64,000 nt of DNA from Nitrospinales bacterium (GTDB lineage Bacteria; Nitrospinota; Nitrospinia; Nitrospinales; VA-1), in assembly GCA_965223795.1 (NCBI GenBank), contig CBDCXL010000002.1:32001-96000 (forward strand), written 5' to 3'. A model generated the notes under the pieces. The model was not told where the DNA came from. It was given only the letters and a program-made list of their open reading frames with translations, and searched no databases. A program made the translations under genes and the position numbers. Shown here piece after piece: positions 58,435 to 64,000 of this stretch; within the stretch, counting starts at the first letter, position 1; each line of letters starts with the position of its first letter.

Positions 58435-59424
58435 TCACTGCACCAAAACCAGTTTGCCCCAGTGCTCGTGCGCTTCCATCTCGCGGTGCGCGTCGGCGGC
58501 CTGCTGCAGGGGAAACTCCCGGTGCACGGGGATGACGACCTCGCCGGTTTCCACCAGCGGCAGCGCATCCCGCCAGGCGGACTGCAATGCTTCGGGGTCC
58601 GCCAGGTTGCGCAGAATGACGTAGCCGTGGATGCGGACCTGGTTGAACAACAAACCGGACGGGACGGTGAACTCGTTGCCGGCGAGCACGCCGTACAGGA
58701 CGTAGGTGCCGTTGTAGTTCAACAGTTCGATCAGGGCGGTCGCGGTTTCGCCGCAGACGGGATCGAACACGTAGTCGATGCCCTTCTCGCCTGTCATGCG
58801 CACTATTTTTTCCTTGAGCCGCGCGGGATCGGATTCGACGATCACTTCGGCGCCCAGCGCCTGAATGGACTTTTTCTTTTTTTCGGAGCGCGTCACGCCG
58901 ATCGCGCGCAGGTTTTTCCGGCGCGCCAGTTGAATCGCGGCGATGCCGACCGCTCCCGTGCAGGCTGTGACGACGACGGTGCCGGATTCGGGCAGCGGCG
59001 AATGCGTGTGCATCGCATCGCAGGCGGTGAGCAGCGCGATGGGAAGCGCGGCGGCTTCGGGGAAATCGAGGTTTCTGGGAAACCGCAGCAGTTTCCCGCC
59101 CGGCACCTTGATCTTTTCGGCATAGCAGCCCTGCCCCGCTTCCAGGTAAGCGGAGAAATCGCAGACCACCACACGGTCTCCGGGCGCGAGACCGTCGACG
59201 GCGGCGCCGGTTTTTTCAACCACTCCCGCGCCCTCGGCTCCCAGCACGAATCCCCCGCCAAGTTCCACCGGCCATTCTCCACGCCGGATCATCACTTCCG
59301 ACCAGTTGAGCCCGGTGGCTTTGAGATCCACCAGCACGTCGTTGTCTCCCAATGACGGATCGGGCGTTTCCGCTGTCTCGAACACGCCCGGCCCGCCGGT
59401 TCGGCGAACCAAAACTGTTTTCAT
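58435..59424 (-). CDS. NADPH:quinone reductase-like MDR oxidoreductase
   Basis: GAEGAG, G.YAE, EAAALP, GAVG, AHREME....GKLVL. Confidence 0.9.
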   Translation of the reverse strand: MKTVLVRRTGGPGVFETAETPDPSLGDNDVLVDLKATGLNWSEVMIRRGEWPVELGGGFVLGAEGAGVVEKTGAAVDGLAPGDRVVVCDFSAYLEAGQGCYAEKIKVPGGKLLRFPRNLDFPEAAALPIALLTACDAMHTHSPLPESGTVVVTACTGAVGIAAIQLARRKNLRAIGVTRSEKKKKSIQALGAEVIVESDPARLKEKIVRMTGEKGIDYVFDPVCGETATALIELLNYNGTYVLYGVLAGNEFTVPSGLLFNQVRIHGYVILRNLADPEALQSAWRDALPLVETGEVVIPVHREFPLQQAADAHREMEAHEHWGKLVLVQ

Positions 59425-59616
59425 TTTTCCAGCACGATTTCGGCAGGGCTTTGGAACAGGAGGCCCCTGCCTCTATCCGCGGCCCAATTAATTTTGTATC
59501 CCCCGGAAAATATAGTATTCTGGCTGGAATTCCTAGTTTATTGTCCTTGCACCCTATTCATGAATTCAATCGAGTCTGCTATTTCCGACCGTACGATTAC
59601 CTTTGGAGGAAGTCCA

Positions 59617-60255
59617 ATGCGGGTTGTGATGTTTTGTGTCGCGTTTCTTTTGACCGGATCGTTTTCCGCCTACGCCGCGTGCAGCAAAGAAGAAATCTGC
59701 GCGATGATCGGAAAGCTGAACCACTTTGCCATTCTGGACAAATGCCCCAACGCCGGGCCCCATCTGGCGGACTGTAGAAAAGTATCCAATAAAACCGTAG
59801 AGGAACTTCCTGAACCCAATTTTGTCGACAACGGCGACGGCACCGTGACGGACACGGTGAACAAGCTCTTGTGGCTGAAAAAAGGGATCACGGACAAGAA
59901 ACTCAAGTTCAGGGACGCCAAAGCGGCGGCCAACCTGGCGGAAGAAGCGGGACGCACCGGCTGGCGGCTGCCGACGCTGCCGGAGCTGAAAACCCTGGTC
60001 TATAAAGAACGCGTGGTCAACGCCAGCGGCAAAAAAGCATGGATCAATCCGATGTTCGACGACGGCCTCGGTCATTATTACTGGACCACGACGACCTGCG
60101 CGGAGGTTTCCTACATCGTCGACCGTTACCAGAAAAAGATCTGCCAGGAAGGGGACAACGCGGCCTGGCTGGTGCACTTCAACATCAACGCCGTCTTCTG
60201 GTTCCACACGCACCAGGAAAAACCCTACATCTGGCTGGTGCAGAGCCTGGAATGA
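59617..60255 (+). CDS. Secreted DUF1566 (Lcl-like) domain protein
   Basis: GGAGG RBS, signal peptide, FVDNGDGTVTD...LLW, WRLPT..EL, YWT.T, AW.V.F. Confidence 0.88.
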   Translation: MRVVMFCVAFLLTGSFSAYAACSKEEICAMIGKLNHFAILDKCPNAGPHLADCRKVSNKTVEELPEPNFVDNGDGTVTDTVNKLLWLKKGITDKKLKFRDAKAAANLAEEAGRTGWRLPTLPELKTLVYKERVVNASGKKAWINPMFDDGLGHYYWTTTTCAEVSYIVDRYQKKICQEGDNAAWLVHFNINAVFWFHTHQEKPYIWLVQSLE

Positions 60256-60526
60256 CTCCGGCCCGACGGTTTCCCGCCCGGCTCCGCCGCGCTCACGGGA
60301 GTCCGGATATTCTCAACTTATCACGCAAACCTGGACATTCTGTCGATAGGCTGACCGGGCGTTTCCGGTCCGCGCATGGGCGGTGAACTCCGCTCGGACG
60401 TACGCGTTTCTCCGTCCGTGAAGCCCCTCCGCAAAGAATTTTCGAATCCAAAGGGGATGGAAACCATCATCAATCAGACGCTCTCGCAAGGACGCACGCT
60501 GCCCCCTCAGAAAAGGAACCGCCGCA

Positions 60527-60754
60527 ATGATCAAGCTGGAAGGTGAAATCACGGAAATCAACTCTCCCCCCAACAAAGCCGACCAGTTCCGCGAGGTCAT
60601 CATCTGGCTGTCGCAGGCGGAAGAGCACGTGGAGTTCACGGTGACGCTGGAGGAGTTCAAGACCGCGGACTTCAAGACCGGGGACAAGGTTTCTCTTTCC
60701 ATCGAGAAAAAGCTGGACATCGATTCTCTCACCCGCGACCTGCTCAACATGTGA
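60527..60754 (+). CDS. Small hypothetical protein (possible OB-like fold)
   Basis: AAAGGA RBS, typical codon usage, beta-rich with GDKV.L. Confidence 0.7.
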   Translation: MIKLEGEITEINSPPNKADQFREVIIWLSQAEEHVEFTVTLEEFKTADFKTGDKVSLSIEKKLDIDSLTRDLLNM

Positions 60755-60844
60755 CCGCGCGGCCCCCGTCTGCCTGACGCCAACCCAACATAAAAATACA
60801 TTGACGGATCGAGGCATTGCCGTTGCGTGACACCGTATCGGCCG

Positions 60845-62092
60845 CTAGCGTTTTTTTCGAATCGCGGGCGCGCGGCCGGCGGTGTCGAGTGCATTTTCGC
60901 GCTGGATTTTTTCAAGACGCTCGAGCGCCTGTTCGGCTTTTTCCGGTCTTCGGGTTTTGCGGTACAGGTTCGCGAGGTTGTTGAGCGATATCCGGATATT
61001 GGGGTGAGCGGGGTCGAGGGATTTTTCCCAGATTCCCAGGGCCTGCCGGTAGAGGTCCTCGGCTTTATCGTAGTCGCCCTTCACGTCGAACAGCCCCGCC
61101 AGGTTGTTGAGCGCGGTGGCCACGGCCGGGTGCCGGGCTCCCAGCGAGGACTGCTTGATCTTGAGCGAATGCTTGAGGATGGGTTCCGCCTGGGCGTAGT
61201 AGCCGCGCTTGCGGTACAGCTCTCCCAGGTTGTTGAGCGTGGCGGCCATGCGGGGATGTTCGTTTCCCAGAGACTGCCGCTGGATGCGGATCGCCCGCAG
61301 ATACATGAGTTCCGCCTTGGTGTCGTCCTGCATCTTCACGTACAGCCGGGCCAGCTGGTTGAGGGACGCCGCCACGTCGGCATGGTTCTCTCCGTGATGG
61401 TCTTCGCGAATCCGCAGCGCTTTGAGGTAAAGCCGCTCGGCCTTAACCTGATCGCCCATTTGGGCATGATACGCCGCGAGCTGGTCGAGCGCGCCGGCCA
61501 GTTCCAGCGAACCCGCCCCCTGCTGCTCTTCGAAGATCGCCTGGGACCGCGCGAGCAGCGGCTCGACCTGCTTGTATTGCTCAAGCCGCATGTGGAGCCG
61601 CGCCAGATCATTGAGACCGCGGGCGACATTGAGGTGATCCGGCCCGAGTGTCTGCTCCCAGATTTTCAGCGATTGCTTGTAGAAGGTTTCGGCGCGCCTC
61701 AGCTGGCCGGTGGTGCGGTAAAAATCCCCCAGACGGTTCAGCGAGCCGGCGGTCAGGGCGTGTTTCTTTCCCAGGTGCTTTTCACGGATTCTCAGGCCCT
61801 TGACCAGAAGCCCCTCGGCCTTGGGATAGTGGCCGGCGCTAATGAAAAGATCGGCCAGCGTGTTCATGGCCTCCACGGTTTCGGGGCTGCCGTCGCCGAA
61901 GGCTTTTTTGCGGTCGCGCACCCTAAGCTCGGCCAGCGGGATGGCCTTCAGGTATTTGCCCTGGCCGGACAGGACGGCGATCTGTTTTGCGAGCAGGTCC
62001 CGCTCCTGTCCCCAGGCCGGGGCGCACACACACCCCAGCAGCACAGGCACGATGAGCGAACGTACCCAGAAGCCCGGTCGTGTCTTCAGCAT
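60845..62092 (-). CDS. Secreted TPR protein with 42-aa kinesin-light-chain-like repeats
   Basis: About 8 repeats of HP.VA..LNNLA.LY...G.Y.KAE.LY.RAL.I. Confidence 0.9.
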   Translation of the reverse strand: MLKTRPGFWVRSLIVPVLLGCVCAPAWGQERDLLAKQIAVLSGQGKYLKAIPLAELRVRDRKKAFGDGSPETVEAMNTLADLFISAGHYPKAEGLLVKGLRIREKHLGKKHALTAGSLNRLGDFYRTTGQLRRAETFYKQSLKIWEQTLGPDHLNVARGLNDLARLHMRLEQYKQVEPLLARSQAIFEEQQGAGSLELAGALDQLAAYHAQMGDQVKAERLYLKALRIREDHHGENHADVAASLNQLARLYVKMQDDTKAELMYLRAIRIQRQSLGNEHPRMAATLNNLGELYRKRGYYAQAEPILKHSLKIKQSSLGARHPAVATALNNLAGLFDVKGDYDKAEDLYRQALGIWEKSLDPAHPNIRISLNNLANLYRKTRRPEKAEQALERLEKIQRENALDTAGRAPAIRKKR

Positions 62093-62452
62093 GACTCCTC
62101 CCCCGTTGTTTCGTTGTTTTTATAAAACCGGCCCGCTCCGCGTTCGGCACCCGCCCGCGGCGCAATCGGGCCTTTCGTCTCCTCTTATCTGATCGGCCAA
62201 AAAGCCGTAAAGTTCACCTTCATTTTCCGGGCAACGTCCAGGAAACCCGTTTCCCCGCCACGGGCTCCCCTCCCCGGCTCTCGCGCCCGGCTCCGGCTGA
62301 CAATCTTTTGTCGCGGAGTGACGCGAATCGTCAAAATTCAACCACTTGAAATCGCCATGCCGGATTTCAGGCGCCGCCGCGCTAAACCGGAAACCCCTTA
62401 TTTCACAGGCACTTCCCTCACTCTCGCGGTAAAACCTGCTTTTTCAACGATT

Positions 62453-62469
62453 TGGGCACACTCTTTGCA
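62453..62469 (+). promoter_or_regulatory. Sigma54 (-24/-12) promoter
   Basis: TGGGCACACTCTTTGCA gives GG-N10-GC with GGCAC and TTGCA consensus. Confidence 0.75.
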
Positions 62470-62618
62470 GTTACAATGAGCATCAACCGAACATTCGAAC
62501 AGACAATTGGACCGATGCAGGATGGGTCTTAGGGGGATGGGAAGGGGCGCTGCGCCCTAAACGCCTCCCGCGGAGGCACCGCTCCGCCCGGCCCTCTCCA
62601 GCAACCCAGGAGGCCGCG

Positions 62619-62819
62619 ATGGATTTCATGAATTCTCTGGTTCTCACCTACGCTTTCATCCTGTTCGCCTTCGGCCTCGCTTTCATCTACCAGGCGCTGG
62701 CGAACTGGCTGCGCGAAAAACTGAAAGCGGAGACCCGGCCGCCGCTCGCTCCGGCTTCTGCAACGAAAACCTACCGGCTGATCCGTATCGCGGACGAAAC
62801 AAAGCGGCGGGCTTCCTGA
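62619..62819 (+). CDS. Small single-pass membrane protein
   Basis: AGGAGG RBS, one TM helix, basic tail. Confidence 0.7.
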   Translation: MDFMNSLVLTYAFILFAFGLAFIYQALANWLREKLKAETRPPLAPASATKTYRLIRIADETKRRAS

Positions 62820-63212
62820 CGGTCCCCCGGCTTTTTCCTGCTGCATTCGTTCAGCGTTCTTGAGAATTCAAGATTTATCCTTTTTCCCTCCTTTTTCTCC
62901 TGCCCGCGTACCGTTCAACTTACTACAAAAAATTGTACGCGCTCACTCAATTTCACCGGCTCTCGAAAGCCCTTTAATCGTCGGCGCTTCACGCTTCGCT
63001 GCGCAGCGGTGCGGAATGCGCTCCGCGTTTTCGGGTTCGCAAAGCACGCCGCGGGACTGCCTTTCACCATGCAGGCGCGGGGCGGCTGCGCCCGGCAACC
63101 CCCGGCGGCTGGCCTTGAGCGGCCGCGCGCCCGATGCGCGGATCGAATAAGAGGATGATTTTGCCAGCGGACTTCAGTATGATGCGGACTACGCAACCTG
63201 GGACGATGAATC

Positions 63213-63737
63213 ATGGACAACTGGTACATGCTCACGCTGGTGGGACGGGATCAACCGGGCATCGTGGCCCGTCTGAGCACCGCATTGTGCAAGGGCGGCT
63301 GCAACCTGGGCGAATCGTCGATGGCCCGGCTGGGCGATAATTTTTCCATCATGCTGATGGCCCAGTTCGGCGGCAACGCCGACGCACTCAGAGAGATCGT
63401 CACGCCGGTGGCCGGGGAGCTGAAGCTGCACCACCACGTGGATGAAGTCGAAGGCGGGCACCACCACGCGATCCAGCCCAACGTGCGCATCAGCGTTTAC
63501 GGCTCCGACCGGCCGGGCATCATGGAAGCGGTGACCGGCGCGCTGGCGGAAGCGGGGCTCAACATCCTGAACCTGGATTCCAACATCGGCGTCGAAAACC
63601 AGACCTCCACCTATTACATCCACATCGAAGGGGTGGTGTCCGGCGGTGTGGAGCCGTTGTACGGCGTGCTGGACAAGCTGTCCGAGGAAAAAAACCTGCA
63701 GACGCAGCTGGTTCCCGTGGACACGCTGCTGGGCTGA
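63213..63737 (+). CDS. Double-ACT-domain protein (GcvR-like)
   Basis: G.DQPGIV...NL.ESSM..LG and V.GSDRPGI...NI.NL repeats. Confidence 0.85.
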   Translation: MDNWYMLTLVGRDQPGIVARLSTALCKGGCNLGESSMARLGDNFSIMLMAQFGGNADALREIVTPVAGELKLHHHVDEVEGGHHHAIQPNVRISVYGSDRPGIMEAVTGALAEAGLNILNLDSNIGVENQTSTYYIHIEGVVSGGVEPLYGVLDKLSEEKNLQTQLVPVDTLLG

Positions 63738-63952
63738 GCCCGAACAGCCCCTTCCCTCATTCCCAATCCTCCGGGTAAGAAAAATCCCTATCTTTTCAAT
63801 AAATTATCAACATTTTACTGAATTTATGATAAATTATTGAAATTGAGAGTGTTTTTAACTCCTTCTGATGTTTTTTGCCCGCACCCTCTGAAATTTCTGA
63901 AGGCAATCCTGCCATGAACCGATCGCGACCGATCACGCCGAATTGAACCTCC

Positions 63953-64000
63953 ATGATGAAACGAAATCCGTACAAACCGTTTTGGGCTGTCTCTTTCGTT
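63953..64000 (+). CDS. Possible 5' end of a secreted protein
   Basis: MMKRNPYKPFWAVSFV, open to the window end. Confidence 0.35.
   Translation, partial: MMKRNPYKPFWAVSFV

Noticed and set aside
60256..60526. Fluoride or c-di-GMP riboswitch in a hairpin-rich spacer
   Set aside because: Partial words only; required pairings are absent

Overview
GC-rich bacterial chromosomal window with about 58 protein-coding loci. I found no rRNA, tRNA, CRISPR array or transposase. Gene content suggests a Nitrospinota/Nitrospirota-type nitrite oxidiser, which is inference only. Housekeeping genes (scpA, rsmE, serB, rarA, argS, cysH, a family-4 UDG and an HtrA protease) surround a roughly 20 kb periplasmic copper/heme redox locus (34.3-55 kb). 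That locus holds two tandem ~1650-aa MnxG-type six-domain multicopper oxidases, two triheme c-type cytochromes (one fused to an EbdC/NxrC-like domain), three secreted proteins carrying amicyanin-type C-x2-H-x2-M blue-copper loops, a TlpA-like protein, an ECF sigma factor and a frameshifted rubrerythrin-like gene. A fourth, TPR-fused paralog of the blue-copper proteins lies at 12.6 kb. It has Leu at the axial position and shares a candidate ECF promoter (GAGGGAATAA-N12/13-CGTATCTT) with oxidase copy 1. Other points of interest are a CutF/CruR-like metal-sensing leader protein ahead of a Cys/Met-rich outer-membrane protein operon, a LolA-like/ABC/beta-barrel operon, a low-GC islet (orphan KAS-III plus RelE/ParE toxin-antitoxin), a nonsense-interrupted small gene, and a complete sigma54 promoter driving a 66-aa membrane peptide. 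All family assignments come from motifs read by eye; no searches were run.
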